Position numbers and translations under genes: made by a program
Assembly (NCBI GenBank): GCA_022605425.2
Contig: CM061246.1
Location: 496,001 to 560,000, forward strand
Origin: Hamiltosporidium tvaerminnensis FI-OER-3-3
Taxonomy: Eukaryota > Fungi > Microsporidia
Reading direction: 5' to 3'
Length of the DNA: 64,000 nt
Notes under the pieces: generated by a model
The model's input: only the letters and a program-made list of their open reading frames with translations
Databases searched by the model: none
What the model was told of the DNA's origin: nothing
Part shown: positions 1-13,146 of the stretch, one piece after another
Numbering within the stretch: position 1 is the stretch's first letter
How the letters are laid out: each line of letters starts with the position of its first letter

Positions 1-2934
1 TTTCCTAGACTGGTTGCAGTGTTGACACATACCTTCTGCACCCCAGAATACATTTCTATCCTGGATATAACAGAACACTGCTTCATCACGTGGTCTTACA
101 CTTCCTTTCTTTAACCATCTTGAGGAGTCATTTACACTTACCAGCTCGTTATTTTTAGCGCTATATAACTTTGAATGTAGTTTTCGGTTTTTGATTTCGT
201 TATATAGGTTAGCTAGTTCAGCTTCTTCCAATTTCTTTTTTGTGACTTCCTCTTCCAACCCGTATTTTATTTTTAAAAACTTTTTAATTAGTGAAAGGTG
301 AGTTTTATTACTATTCACAACCTTTAGGATTGCTGCTCTTCTGGTCGATGTATATTTATGTTTTTACAGACAATCCAAGAGTTGCAAAAACATTGTTCGC
401 TTTTGAACTCGACACTATCTAAACCTCTTCCAAGTTCTTTACGTGGAAGGTATAGACGTTCTTTGCATCCTGGGCGTAGATGTATTTTGTTCTTTACTAA
501 CACTGCACGCACCGCATCATCTAACTTAGAAAAGTCAGCCGGTTCTAGTCGGAGTACACCTATATGATAGTTTAGTAAAGAAATTGCATGTTGATGAATG
601 GCTTGAAATAAATTTCTTGCATTTAATCTCGTGCAAAAAAGTCTTTCTACTCGTGCTAAAAGTTTAGTCTGTACTTCCTCAAGCGATTACTTGTTGGAAT
701 TACTCTGCTATCTTCTATAATTCCAAGGTATTTATAAACACCTATTCCTTCAAGAAGAGTAGCAGTATCTTCACAACATGGATCATTAGTGGCTGACTTC
801 TCTTTGTTAATTTCCAATCCTATATTATTCATAAACTTTTTAACCTCCTCAGTCATTTCTTCCAATGTTTGTCCATCTTCGGCAAGGAGCTTAAGATCAT
901 CAATAAACAAGAGATGATTAGTCGCGTGGGATTCTGCATCTGTTTGTACTGTCACTTTTGTGTATTTTTCATTAAGCTTTCAGCTCAGTGGATCTATACA
1001 CAATACAAACAATAATGGTGACAGACTATCTTATTGTAAATCTCTCTATCGATCTTTTTGCACATAGTTTTTTCAGGCTCTAATGATATATCAAGTTTCT
1101 ATTTTGATATAATTATTTTAATAAATTTTAGGATTCAATACGGTAAATTAAGGTTTTCAATGCATTGAGTCAAATAAGCATGATCTATTGAATCATAAGC
1201 TTTTTTGACATCAATCCATGTTGCCTTAAGATTGTTTCCGTACTCTTTATTAATGGCAATATTCAATAGGGCCTGTTCTTTCGCTCCTTGCACTCCTCTT
1301 ACTGCTCCCAACTGATTTTCTGAAAGTAATCCTCGTCTTTCCACCTCAATCTGTACGACTTTAGTAACACATTTTGTAGTTAGTTTATACAGATTTGACA
1401 TACAGGTTATTGGTCTGTAATCAGAGCCAGTCTTTGGTGTACCTTTAGGTATCAGATAAGTAAGTCCACAATAATACCAATCGGCTTGAGGCGTTCCTTC
1501 TAAACATATGGCTTTCACAATATCGTAAAGATATTTATGAAGGCTCGTAAGTTTCTTGATGTAAAAGTTATAAATACCATCAATTCCAGCGGCTTTCCAG
1601 TTAGGCAGCCAATTGATGATATCTATAAACTCTTCAAGTAAAGGAAACGTGGTCTGGTGCGTATCTGACACGAAAGGTATCAAATACTCATCATATGTAA
1701 CTACTTTATCATTTTTATTCCACATTGTAGACCAAAATTCTGAAATTTCGTCACGATAAACCACATGCTCGGATTCAACGCGCTCAGATAACCCTCGATA
1801 GAATCGACCTCGGAATAACTCAAACATACGATTCTCTTTTCGAAATTTTCTCCTACTTTCATACATCGTAATTTTTTTCTCGTAAACATTCAAAGCCTCA
1901 TTCTTCTTAACCAAAGCCTCAGAGAGATCATTTATTTTGCTTAAGTCTAAATTAAACTCTCGCATAATTTTTCTGAGACTTTTCGTTTCCGAAGTAGAGA
2001 GCTTTTCCTGCTTGCGAGCCTTCTCGAGGAGATCTTTGGAAAGTACTAACTTAGAAATTTTACATTCTATGTTTTCCTTCCAAGCGGATCTAGGTTTCTC
2101 CTTACGTGTTTCCTCGTCATAACATACCTGGGCCGCCTGGATGATTCGAGCTGCATCACTAACATTCTTAGGCACATGAGATTCAGCATATTCACCTGTG
2201 ATCCGATTTATGAGTTCCAAAACTTTACTATCAACCAATTCACTTGGAAGTTTTCTAGTTCGGACCACTACATCTCCGATTTCCTTCTCCGAGAGTTCCT
2301 TGATTTTACACAAGAACTTTTCTCTCAGGTTCATATAGAGTGTAGTGTCAGTTAAAGAACATGGCTCGGCGAGACAAGTGGCGATTCTACGTCGCTCTCC
2401 ATTCTCTTCTTGCCTTATTTCTCTTTCTGCCTCATTATGTGTTAATTTTTTTAACACATCGATATCAACAGTTCGACCAAATTTCCCATTATAGTACCTA
2501 AGAATTGCAGACCAGCCATTTCTAGGCATTCTCTCAAACCTTTTTTGCACTGCTGAAATAGCAGATCTAGGCCATTCCTGCTCTACGGCTGTGACAGAGT
2601 CAAGTATTGAATGCAATACCATCAGTCGATTTACTTCTGGAATGACAGGGGCATTGAGGTTTTCCATTGTGTTGGCTGGTCTACGCGCAGACGAATCGGG
2701 ACAGGAAGAAGGGAGTGCGGAATCGAGCAGGTTGATTGGAGTAGCCTGAAGCGTATTGCTCGATGGGGAGTGGGTGTTATTATAGATGGTCGGTTGTGGT
2801 GGAAGCGTCTCGGATATAGTTACTACATCTCTATCACACGTTTTCATCTCTTTAAAACTAATTTCCGAGTTGTTTACAGCATTTATTTCATCATTTTTTA
2901 TATTTTCGCTGTCAACTTTTTTTCTTCTACCCAT
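1..2934 (-). mobile_element. Decayed R4/Dong-like (R2-group, REL-type) non-LTR retrotransposon; runs off the window start
   Basis: ORFs 1135..2934, 656..955 and 324..512 are colinear with the intact 14349..18110 protein (KAAGIDGI, YRPITC, WIDVKKAYDSIDH, HLLFIDDLKL). A TGG>TGA stop at 1135 and several indels interrupt the frame. Confidence 0.93.
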
Positions 2935-2974
2935 TTTTTTGCATTTTTTTATAAATTTCTATTTTTTTAAAATA

Positions 2975-3079
2975 ATTATTATATTGATAGCAAAGGATTA
3001 TTATATTGATTGCAAGGATTATTATATTGATCGAAAAATTATTATATTGATTGCAAGGATTATTATATTGATCGAAAAA
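2975..3079. repeat. Minisatellite, 5 units of 20-22 bp (attattatattgat + tgcaagg/cgaaaa), ~40 bp upstream of the retroelement ATG
   Basis: Units read directly from the sequence; the last four alternate between two variants. Confidence 0.9.
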
Positions 3080-3365
3080 CCCTATATATTCAAAAGAGGA
3101 TTTAAAATCTTATTAGCAATTTATAAAGACGGTAAAATTTTTGGATTTTTTATAAAAATTAAATTTCTTTTTAAAGAAGTTTCTGCGATAACATATTTTG
3201 CATTTATTTTAAAATTTACAACTAAAACCTCCCAAATTTATGAAAAAAAAGCAATTAAGAAAAAAGAAAGTTATTGTTAAATAACACCAATAATGGAAAA
3301 TCTATTTGAAGGTTTTCCCAAAAGAGTTAATTTGTAAGTTATTTAAAAAAAATGATTTTTATACC

Positions 3366-4193
3366 ATGAAATATAGATTAATTTTTTATCTTATTTTTAC
3401 TTGTAGTTTTCTTTATTTAACAGTAGCTTATTCAAATAAGTTATATAAGGATTACAATAAAAATATTTTAGAGGCGATTCTAGATTTATTTTATTTGGCA
3501 AAAGAAGAATCATCAAGACTAAAAGGGAAAATAATGCTTATAGGTATGCTCGCTGCATATGTAGCCACAAAAATTTTTGTTTTATTATCGGAAATATCGG
3601 TAATTGCCAAGAATAATTTATTAAGCCCTGCAACGGTTTTCAAATTTATGAGAATGATAAATATAGGTACGTTTGATATTTTTATATCTGAAATATTTTG
3701 TTGTTTTCGTATTTTACTACATGATCATAACAAAACACTTAAAATCAACCCTGATGAATCTACAGATTTTTATAATCTTGTTTCTTATTATTATGAAGTT
3801 CTTTTACTTTCAAACGTAAGCACATTTCTTCTAAATGAGACTATCGAGTGTTTATTTGTTTTTATTGCAGTTTTAATATATTTCGTGGGAATGCACAAAC
3901 GAAAACAATTAAAGTTAACCAGCAATTTCCATAAAATATTGTTTATCGGTCTATAAATTCTACTATTAACATTTTTGATATTTATTTGCAATTTTGTAAT
4001 GCAAACCATTCCGGTTCTAATTAAATGGTATGGTTGAGATAGATTAAGCACCCATGAAATAATTTTACCTTCAGTATTTTTCGGTTTAATTTATAGGTTT
4101 CTCAATATAGTTTTCGAAAAAAGGTTTATTCTTACAAAAAGGGAAACACGTATGGAACAAAACATCGAGCTGCTGAATATCGGTTTGAATTAA
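3366..4193 (+). pseudogene. Lineage-specific multi-pass membrane protein with two in-frame stops (or an intact 196-aa CDS 3366..3956)
   Basis: ATG at 3366 (MKYRLIFYLIF...), hydrophobic segments. The same frame continues after TAA 3954-3956 (ILLLTFLIFICNFVMQTIPVLIKWYG*DRLSTHEIILPSVFFGLIY...) to TAA 4191-4193. Confidence 0.5.
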
Positions 4194-4659
4194 ATTAATT
4201 TTTCTTTATTTAAAAAAATTAGTATTTTGAAATTTTCATTTTTAATGTGATTAAGGAATTTATGAAGTATTTTTAGTCCTTTAATATTTTCTAACCTTAA
4301 ATTCCGCTAATAAGAATCAATTTTAAATTTTCAATTACAAAATCATAATCAAAATTATTAGTTCATAGAGTCTATACATCTCCATTTATATTTTACTATT
4401 TATTCTTTGGTCAATTCTATATTACATTTTTTTCTACATATTTATATTTAAACAATGTTTTGATTTCGATCATCAACCAAAAATTGTTTTTTTTCTCGTT
4501 ACATCAAACACTACTATGAAATATCTTTAGTTATAGCTTTTACAATAAGTATCTATACATTTTGCAGTTTTTTGCATTCTATCTCGATTTAAAATTTCAA
4601 TTTGACTCTAAAAAACGCCTTTTGAAGGAATGTAAATTTTCTATAAATATTTATATCTT

Positions 4660-6175
4660 AAGAACTGTTCCAGAGACAACAGATGATATAATGAGTCTAA
4701 AAAACAATAAGGTGCCAAGTGAAGATAAGTTCACAGCCGAACTTTTAAAATATGGAGGAGATTTCATAATAAACAATTTTCATAACTTAATCAAAGAAAT
4801 ATGGGTCCAGGAAAAGATACCTAGTGAAAGGAATGTGGGTCTGATAGTCCTTATTCATAAAGAAAGATTTAAAACCGGTGCTCTAATTATACGGGAATAT
4901 ATCTTGGGGATATTAAATACAAAATTCCCCAAAAATAATTTCAAAAAGATTAGAGCCATACGCAGAAAGCGCTCTTGGGGATTATCAATATGGGTTCCAA
5001 AGAGACCGATCAACAATCAATCAAATCTTTGCTATAAGAATTAGACTTGAAAAATGCTATAAACAAAAAATCACAATACATCATCTTTTTTTAGGCCACA
5101 AGCAAGCATATGACGACAGCATTGATCGGGAATTTTGGAATAAAATCCTGAGAACTTTACACCTTCTATGAAAATTCTTATTTCAATCAAAATGACACTC
5201 ATGCAAACAAAAGTAAAGGTATTATTAACAGGTAATGTATTCAATCGCATTAGTATTAATATAGAACTAAGACAGGGTGATACATTTTTTTGGGTACTGT
5301 TCAATCTAACACTGGTGGGAATAATCCGAAAGTTGCCAAAGAACACTGATTGTACAATATTTAATAGAATCACACAATATATAGCAAATACAGGTCATCT
5401 GGCCATCGAGGAAAGAAATCCAGAAGTTATGGAATCAACTTTAAAAATATTAGACGCTGAATCAGGAAAATATTTTCTGATAATAAATGAAACCAAAACA
5501 AAATATATGGTCAAATCCTCAATCCATGAATACCAGAGGAAATCTTTAAAAAATTTATATATACTTGAAAGAGTATCGAGCTTCAAATACCTGGGTATCT
5601 CTTCTGAACGAGGAAAAGAATGCTCTTGAGATTAGAGAAAAATAAGCAGGCAACAAGACCTATTTGCTCTCTAACGCTTATGAAGTCAAATCTGTTGAAT
5701 CAAAATTTGAAAGGGCAAATATATAGGTTATTATTAGACCTGTTGTATTTTAGGCTTCAGAAACACTGGTTATGACAAAAAGAGACGAGGCCCTGCTAGT
5801 CATATGAGAAAGAAAGATATTTAGAAGAGTATATAACCCAATATTTAAATAACAATACAGGATTTGAAAAAATCTAGAAATATAGGAGCTCTATATAGAA
5901 ACAAATCATGTCACTATTATGAAACAGAGAAGACTTAGATAGTTAGGGCACGTAGAAAGAATGCAGACGGAAAGAGCTAATAGCAAAATCCTTTGATCTG
6001 CATCTGAGGATAAGAGAAGACGAGGTAGACCCAGAAAAATATGGCTAGATGAGGCGGAAAAGAATCTATGAGGGATCAATGTATTACAACGGGGAACCCA
6101 ATGCACAATAGAGAAGAATGGAGGAGAATCGTTAAGAAGGCTCGAGCTCTCCAACCGCTGTAGCGCAGAGGAGTT
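4660..6175 (+). mobile_element. 5'-truncated, decayed RTE-clade LINE (RT domain and 3' end)
   Basis: RT fragments LKNNKVPSEDKFTAELLKYGG, ELRQGDTF, INETKTKYM and ERVSSFKYLG; C-terminal RRRGRPRKIW; RTE-type 3' end aggctcgagctc...gctgtagcgcagaggag; many stops and frameshifts. Confidence 0.85.
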
Positions 6176-7943
6176 ATTTAGTTGGCTATATATACTAACT
6201 AAAATTTCCAAACTACATTTATATCTGATAGTTTCATAAAATCTGGTCAATATACATGTATAAATGAGATATTACCTTTCTTAAAAAATACATAGACATC
6301 TCTAAAGAAATATATACATAGAATTATTTTTAATTTATTAATATATTGCGAAGCTAAAATAAAGCAGCAAAATTATAAATTAAGTTTTCTTTTTATAAAT
6401 TTAAAATCTATTGTTATTAAAATTCTTATGAATCACAAAACGTTTTCGAAGTTAAAATTCCGAGTAGGAACCAATAATACATTATATTCAATTAATGATG
6501 ATACTTTATTAAAAAATTAGAAATCACTGCCAAACTAGGTGGTGTAAACCTTTATTTATTAATGAGTATTTCCCCCTTTTTTCGCAATGTTTTTTGAATG
6601 AAATCCACGAGCTTTTAGTCTTATATTATTAAGATTGCTCTATCTATCAAAATAAAAATTGTAGCAAATTAATCTGATATTTTTCCTTGAATATTTTTTT
6701 CCATATTGAATTATTGGTGTATTCTATTCTAATTATAAAGAATCATGCTCAGTAAAATTCAAATGAGAGTGTTAAGTCAACTATTATAGTAGTTCACTTC
6801 ATACCTATTTTTTTAAAAAAATTTATTGTATTTCATGTTATAAGCTATGGTGCATTTCGTGTAAAGAATCAAATATTAAATTCTTAATTAAAATTTTTAA
6901 AAAGTTCACAAACATTTTCAGATACAATTCGTGTGTAGATAAAATTTATAACGATGTATATTTATTCTAGGTCTTTAAAATCCTTTATATCATATACAGT
7001 CGCATACTGAAATATTTATCCTGTCTTTTTTCATACCAATACTATTTTCAGGTTATATCTTTTTCCGAAACGAAGTGAATTATCTAACTATCTTGCTTAT
7101 TATTGTTGTAAACTCATTCTGAGCAACGATATTAAACCCTCCTAAATAATTATTTCTTTTACTCCAAAAGAAGGAGTGAAAATGAACCTAAACAAAAGAC
7201 CTTCGATTAATAAAAACCATTCATTCAATAATTCTAAAACGCCGGCACACAGCAATTATCAATTTAAAATCAACAGACATCGCCCAATATTATGGTTTTA
7301 AATTCATATTTTGAATAATGATTTATATATTTGCTATTTAAACTCTGATCATTTTGTTTTATATGTTCGAATGGCTCAAAATTAAGCCTCAGAATCAAAA
7401 CTCATGGATCAAAAACCGATACATTTTTTCTTCGATGTATTTTCTTCTCGGTTATTGCATCCTCTCAGCGATCTTTTTGGGGAAAAAAGTTTATAATTTT
7501 TCTCCTTTATTCCCTTAAATTATGAATTTGGTAAATTTAAAGGAAAATAGTTGGACAAAATCTTACGTTTTAGCTTATATGAGCTCCCTTTTTTTGTAAT
7601 TTTAGATGGTTTTGTAGCACCAAACCTTAACATGTTCCAGTTTTAAACACATTTTTAAATAAAATTTATATTTTAAAAACGAAAAACTCAAGTTTATTTT
7701 TTTCATTATGTATTAATCTCACGACAAAGGCAATCTATCCTCGGAATATTATAAAAAAACCATGCCAGGTATTTAGCTAAAAAAATGCGACCTTTGATCT
7801 ATTTTGTTTAATTATTGTAATTTATAAGTCTAAAAATATTTCTATTCGAATCAAATTTTGATTTCGTTAATTAGATTTTACACAATCGCAAAATATGATG
7901 TCAAAAATTATTCTTCAAATTATATATGGTATGAATATTAAAT

Positions 7944-8661
7944 GATATAGGAGAATAACCACATTAAAAATTATCTACTTAGGAATGAATAGATGAAAAT
8001 GGTATGAAATTATTGTTTGGATTTTTGTGGGGAAAAAGCCAGACTTTTTGCTCAGTTGTTCTATTAGAGTTTGTTGGGGAAAATAAGGTCTACCAAATAG
8101 CAAAACTTTTTCTACAAATATATTTTCTAGTTTTTCATGTGACTAGATCGCAGAGAGCGGATGAACTTGTAGGTAATTTTCATGTAAAAGCATGGAAATC
8201 TAGCCTTTCTCACTGAAATTAGAAGACTTGCGCCCGGGAGATAAAAAAAACCCTTTAAAGCCCGGAAAGCCAAGTAGCAAGTTATGCCTATAGGTATGGT
8301 ATTGCACTGTCTAAGTGAACTCATATAAGTTGCCGAGATATATCTTAGCAAGAATTTTATGAAGTTGTGAAAGTTTAGAACAAAAGGGAAAGCTGCATAG
8401 TCTTGGAGGGGGCCCATTGGGGCATCGGCCTTCGATCACACTCCATGTAATGGACATTAACGAACTCCGGGTAACTTTCTCGCCTATTAATAGGTTATAC
8501 ACATCTTTTAGATGAAAGTCTCTGGAATGTAGTATCGTAAAGAGTACCGATTGAGTTTTTGAGCAACTCGTATTTATATTAAACCTAGAACTGGGTTATG
8601 TCATGAGAATATTATAAAAAGGGCCACTGTTTTCATAAGATTCTATTTTTTCAATTAAAGT
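7944..8661 (+). repeat. Copy 1 of the ~725-bp non-coding dispersed element (family X)
   Basis: Reverse-complement homolog of 25559-26285 and 52561-53285 (shared catgtaaaagcatggaaa, ttaacgaactccggg, aaacctagaactg). Flanked by gaatattaaa at 7933-7942 and 8667-8676. Confidence 0.9.
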
Positions 8662-8997
8662 TATTAGAATATTAAAAAATTATTAGAAATTTATGCATTT
8701 TTTTTAACAGATTTTTTTGTTGTTTTCTAAAAAAAGACAAATAAATTTCAATTATAAAAAAAGGATACAATTTTTCTGGGCTTCCGCTCTCTAATTTTTC
8801 CAATAATTAAATAAAAATTTTATAGCAATTTAAGAAGTAATAAGAAGATATAAATACCTATAAAAAATGATAAAATATTTCACAACATCTTTATGATCCA
8901 TAAGTGAATCATTTTGAATATCTTGTACACCCAAAACCTCTTATTAAAATATTTTTTTTTACAAAAGAAAAACAGCATTCCTTCAGACCCTTTCTTT

Positions 8998-9270
8998 ATG
9001 TACGATAAAACTTCCCAAAATGAAATTCTAGAAATATTTGAACTCCAGGGAGAAGTAGAAAATATAGAATTAATAAATTGTCATTTTAACAGAGACAAGA
9101 TACAACTTGTATTTGATAATTTCACACTAAATGGATATTTAGATAGTTCTAAATGCTTTACAGTTGTTAAAAGAACTAAAAGTGAAACCGGTGTAGAACA
9201 TAAATCTGTTGGTGTTTGTAGAAATGTTTATGTATTTTCCCAACCTCCTAAGTTTAAGATTGAAAACTAA
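8998..9270 (+). CDS. CTF8: Ctf8-like (Ctf18-RFC clamp loader subunit), 90 aa
   Basis: IFELQG near the N-terminus and F-x-x-P-P near the C-terminus resemble Ctf8; CCC motif 7 nt before the ATG at 8998. Confidence 0.6.
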   Translation: MYDKTSQNEILEIFELQGEVENIELINCHFNRDKIQLVFDNFTLNGYLDSSKCFTVVKRTKSETGVEHKSVGVCRNVYVFSQPPKFKIEN

Positions 9271-9478
9271 AAAAACTAAAAAAAACTTCAATCACGAAAT
9301 CAATTAAAAACAAGGTATTAATAGAAACAAAATATTTATAATAAAAATATTATTTATTTAATAAAATTTTGTGTTAAAAATATTTTTAATTAATAAAACA
9401 TTGGCAAACCAAAATATTTTCAAAACAAAAGTTTTAGAAAAAATCAAAATATTATTTAATTTTTTTTTTTTTAATTAA

Positions 9479-11158
9479 TCATCTACCTTTAAAAAGATAT
9501 GAAAAAATATAATCAGTTGAAAAATATTTATGTTCTTTTATCTTACCAGTATATTTTTTGTCAACAAAACAGTGTGTATAATCATCTGCCTCTGTCATAG
9601 TTGCTCCGCCATTTTGTAATACTCTGATATAACTTTCTTTTTTGGGATCATCACAATATAATTTTACCTTCCATTTATAAAAAGCCGGTTTTCCTTCATA
9701 TAGTACCTTTTCTCTCCATTTTTTTACAGACGCAATTATTTTTTTATCATTTTCATCAAAATTTTCATCCAAACTCCATTCGTATTTTTCAAAATTAAAT
9801 GATTCACTGTTATCATAATCATCTATAAAATTTGGTTTTAATATCCATCCACCTTGTGCCAAGCAAGATAAAAACTTTTCAGAAGTACTAACAGATCCCA
9901 TAATCAAATGTGTACATTTCTCATATCTATCTCCATCGATATAGTCTATATTAAAATCATTTAACATTTTAATTGCTTTTTCTTTCAAATAGAATGCTAA
10001 TCCTGTAAATTGAAATATTTTATTTTTCTTAGTTTCAATATAAATTACATTTTTAATATTTTCTCTTTCTTTTAGCAATTTAAACACATTCAAAGTAGGT
10101 CTTGAAACCAAATATCTGTCTTCTTTAATAAATCTAAGAGAATACAGACACTGATCAATCCAATCAAATGAAATTACTTTGTATGGCCTAAACGAATCTT
10201 TCTTAAATTCTTTTTTATTCTTAACAATAAAATGTGTACAACTACTATCAATCCTACTTTTAATTCTTCCTCCCATCGCTTTGATTTTATTGTACAAAAT
10301 AATTCTATTATTCTGCAATCCTTTATCTACCACACAAACAGTTTCATCCAATATTTTGTACTTTTCAAAATTATAAATACAATAAAAATCAGGTAAAAGT
10401 AATATATTTTGCTCAACACAGTCAAAAATATATTGATAATAAATATTTTTATTTTCATATTTTTTAATATTACTATATTTAGTAGTAATTATATAATCTA
10501 CTTCATTATCAATACTTGATACTCTTGTTCCTTCATTTTCTATAATTAATCTTTTCAATTTGTTGAAAATAATTGAAGGTAAAGTAGATTCAAGATAAAA
10601 AATTTTATTTTCAAAAATATTTTCTGTTTTAATATCTAAAACTGTATAATTATTGCTTTTACCAAATAAAGAAAAATCATTTTTAAAAACATTTTCAGGA
10701 TCAATAATAGGTATTTTATATTTTTTTGCAAATTCATTTTTTTCACCTTCACAATCTACAGAAGAAATTAAAAAATCAGTTGAAATATTTAAATTCGGAG
10801 AATAGAAAGCAGAATAAGCTTTATAATAATTTTTGAATATATCGTTAGTTACATTACTCGTAGTAAAACATGTACCTAAAAATGGTAATAAATAATATTT
10901 TTTTATATTCTGAGAAGTGTCATACAACCATTCTACATCTATAACTGGTATTTCCCATTTTAATGCTTGTATATACTTTTCTGTAAATAATGCTTTGTAA
11001 GTAACTAAGTACGTTGTAGACGTAGAAAGTGTATTTTCTAATATAAAATTTTTTGGTAAAATCGAATTTATTATTTCTATTTCTATATTTGATATTCCAG
11101 TAGTTGTTATATAAATATTTTGTTTTTGTGTAGATATTATTTCATATTTGGGATCCAT
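9479..11158 (-). CDS. Multi-BRCT protein, TOPBP1/Dpb11/Rad4-like
   Basis: Several BRCT repeats (TTYLV...IPVIDVEWL; GGRIKSRIDSSCTHFIV...SFDWIDQC; CTHLIMGSVSTSEKFLSCLAQGGWIL, resembling TOPBP1 BRCT7). Start moved to ATG 11158, downstream of a CCC motif. Confidence 0.8.
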   Translation of the reverse strand: MDPKYEIISTQKQNIYITTTGISNIEIEIINSILPKNFILENTLSTSTTYLVTYKALFTEKYIQALKWEIPVIDVEWLYDTSQNIKKYYLLPFLGTCFTTSNVTNDIFKNYYKAYSAFYSPNLNISTDFLISSVDCEGEKNEFAKKYKIPIIDPENVFKNDFSLFGKSNNYTVLDIKTENIFENKIFYLESTLPSIIFNKLKRLIIENEGTRVSSIDNEVDYIITTKYSNIKKYENKNIYYQYIFDCVEQNILLLPDFYCIYNFEKYKILDETVCVVDKGLQNNRIILYNKIKAMGGRIKSRIDSSCTHFIVKNKKEFKKDSFRPYKVISFDWIDQCLYSLRFIKEDRYLVSRPTLNVFKLLKERENIKNVIYIETKKNKIFQFTGLAFYLKEKAIKMLNDFNIDYIDGDRYEKCTHLIMGSVSTSEKFLSCLAQGGWILKPNFIDDYDNSESFNFEKYEWSLDENFDENDKKIIASVKKWREKVLYEGKPAFYKWKVKLYCDDPKKESYIRVLQNGGATMTEADDYTHCFVDKKYTGKIKEHKYFSTDYIFSYLFKGR

Positions 11159-11310
11159 TTCTATTTTCAAGGGTTTTGTTTCTTATAAAACAACTTATCA
11201 CAGAATAAAAAACTATTGAAAAATATTTGGAAAAAATATTGGGAAAAACTTGAAAAATAAATATTTTTATAGAAAATTTACAAGTGGAGATGATTTGTAT
11301 AAAATCTCAC

Positions 11311-11533
11311 TTCAAAAATTTCAATGAACAAAAGAATGAAAAAATTATTTTTTACCAACTAAATTTTACTACAGATTTTCATTTTTCAAACATTTCAATG
11401 AACAAAAGAATGAAAAAATTATTTTTTACCAACTAAATTTTACTACAGATTTTCATTTTTCAAACATTTCAATGAACAAAAGAATGAAAAAATTATTTTT
11501 TACGAACTAAATTTTAATACAGACCTTCATTTT
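11311..11533. repeat. Tandem repeat, 74-bp unit x ~3
   Basis: tcaatgaacaaaagaatgaaaaaattattttttac... recurs at 11321, 11395 and 11469. Confidence 0.95.
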
Positions 11534-11930
11534 AGTAACCAAGCTATATTATATTTTAGAATTCTAAAATTATTCCTAGCGACCGTATTTTTTTAATTCG
11601 TTTGCTCAATTTTTTTATTACTTTTTTTTGTTTTTAAGAATAGAAATATCATTTTTAAATTCACTTTTCTCTAAAAAAAAAATATGAAATAAATAATTTC
11701 TTATTTTATCGTTGATATTCAGTTGTAAATTTTCTAAAATAAAACCTTTAAAAGATAATTGTGTTGACAATCCAGCCAACAAAAATACAAATTTAAGAAA
11801 AAATATTAAACGATAGGAAGATAGTCAATTATCCATGGGTTTTAAATTTACTATAATGTAGAGGTAATTAAAACAACGAAGATTTTGCAAAAATAATTTT
11901 ATTTTCTTTTTTAGAATATTGTTGTAGTTC

Positions 11931-12083
11931 AAAAAGGGACTGATCCTCTGGCTGGGGTTGAGCGTAGGGCTAACAGCCTACTTTTTAAAACCACCTTGTT
12001 ACAAATCCGAAAAAGACCGGTAGGTGGTATTACTGAGGGAGGCTAAGGCTCGTGCAGGGCTGTAGTGCCGAGGATGAATGAAT
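11931..12083 (+). mobile_element. 5'-truncated copy of the bipartite RTE-derived SINE
   Basis: Homologous to the reverse complement of 22576-22813 (aaagggactgatcct...ggggttgagcgtagggctaaca...gctgtagtgccgaggatgaatgaat). Confidence 0.85.
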
Positions 12084-12393
12084 ACTTAAAAAAGATAGCA
12101 AGCGTTTAGTAAAAAAATAACAAAATTATTGAACCTTAAAGTGTTAAGAAATGATAAAAATCAAAGTATTGACTCAAAATATAGGAAAAGATAAAGCAAA
12201 ATATCAAAAAAAATAAGAAAATTCCACAGTATTAAATAAAATGCTTTATTATCCTACAATAAATTTATTTCGTTCTAAATACTAATCGTTCGAAATAAAA
12301 TGGTTTAAAAATAGTAACGAGTAGAAAAATAATATAAAAATACTAAAAAAAAATATAAAATATTAATTTAATAAACAGAAAATAAACTTTTTT

Positions 12394-13146
12394 TTATCCG
12401 TAATTTTTTTCTTGAAAATATTTTTTAAGAAAAATATTTAAAAAATCACAGAGATAAACAGAATATTCAAAAATTACATCTTGTGTTTCATAATCCATAC
12501 AATCCTTAACAAGAAACTTTTGAATGGCAAATATCATTCTAAGTAAATGTTCTGGTCCATAGCAATTGGAAGGTAAATTTACATTTTTTTCTTTTTCAAA
12601 ATATTGAATGTACTGTTCTATTTCACATTCATATAATATAAAAGGATTTATTAACTTATCAAAATACCATGTAAATCCCTTAACAACTTCAAGAATTTCA
12701 TCTTCGGAAATTGAAGGTTTATTTGCTACAATAAATTTTGAAAATTCTTTTAATATTTTAGAAATCGGAAATTTTGATGGTAAAACAATCATTTTTTTAT
12801 CTTTTACCGATTTATAATCGTTTTTTAAAATTTCAAATAAATCTACTGGAATATGAATATCTTCTACGTAGGCTCTTAAAGGAAAAAGTTTGAATTTTTT
12901 ATAATTTTCTATACTTGAACGGTGAATACTGTGTTCTGGTATTTCTTCTTCACAAATAATATTGTGTCGAAGAGAATATATTATGTATTTTTTTATGTTC
13001 ATATCTGGTTTTTCTTCGGATGGCTTTGGAACTTCTATTATTTTTATAATACGACCTTCAATCCATTCATCTCTTGATTTTGTTATTATGTAGTTGTTAA
13101 TATATATTTTCTTTTGTTGAGTTTCAACTTGCTGCTTCACTTTCAT
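12394..13146 (-). CDS. EAF3: Eaf3/MRG15 family chromatin protein
   Basis: Chromo-barrel-like N-terminus (W-x-E-G-R-I-I-K) and MRG domain (LPSKFPISKIL, ILYECEIEQY, PSNCYGPEHLLRM); CCCC 4 nt before the ATG. Confidence 0.88.
   Translation of the reverse strand: MKVKQQVETQQKKIYINNYIITKSRDEWIEGRIIKIIEVPKPSEEKPDMNIKKYIIYSLRHNIICEEEIPEHSIHRSSIENYKKFKLFPLRAYVEDIHIPVDLFEILKNDYKSVKDKKMIVLPSKFPISKILKEFSKFIVANKPSISEDEILEVVKGFTWYFDKLINPFILYECEIEQYIQYFEKEKNVNLPSNCYGPEHLLRMIFAIQKFLVKDCMDYETQDVIFEYSVYLCDFLNIFLKKYFQEKNYG

Noticed and set aside
2611-3280. ORFs 2611..2970 and 2786..3280, and other short antisense ORFs over genes and repeats (e.g. 14653-17786, 37820-38210, 61779-63938)
   Set aside because: They are shadow frames of real CDSs or translations of tandem repeats.
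8998-13146. Functional cluster of genome-maintenance genes (CTF8, TOPBP1-like, EAF3)
   Set aside because: Microsporidian gene sets are dominated by core nuclear functions, so adjacency is unremarkable without synteny data.
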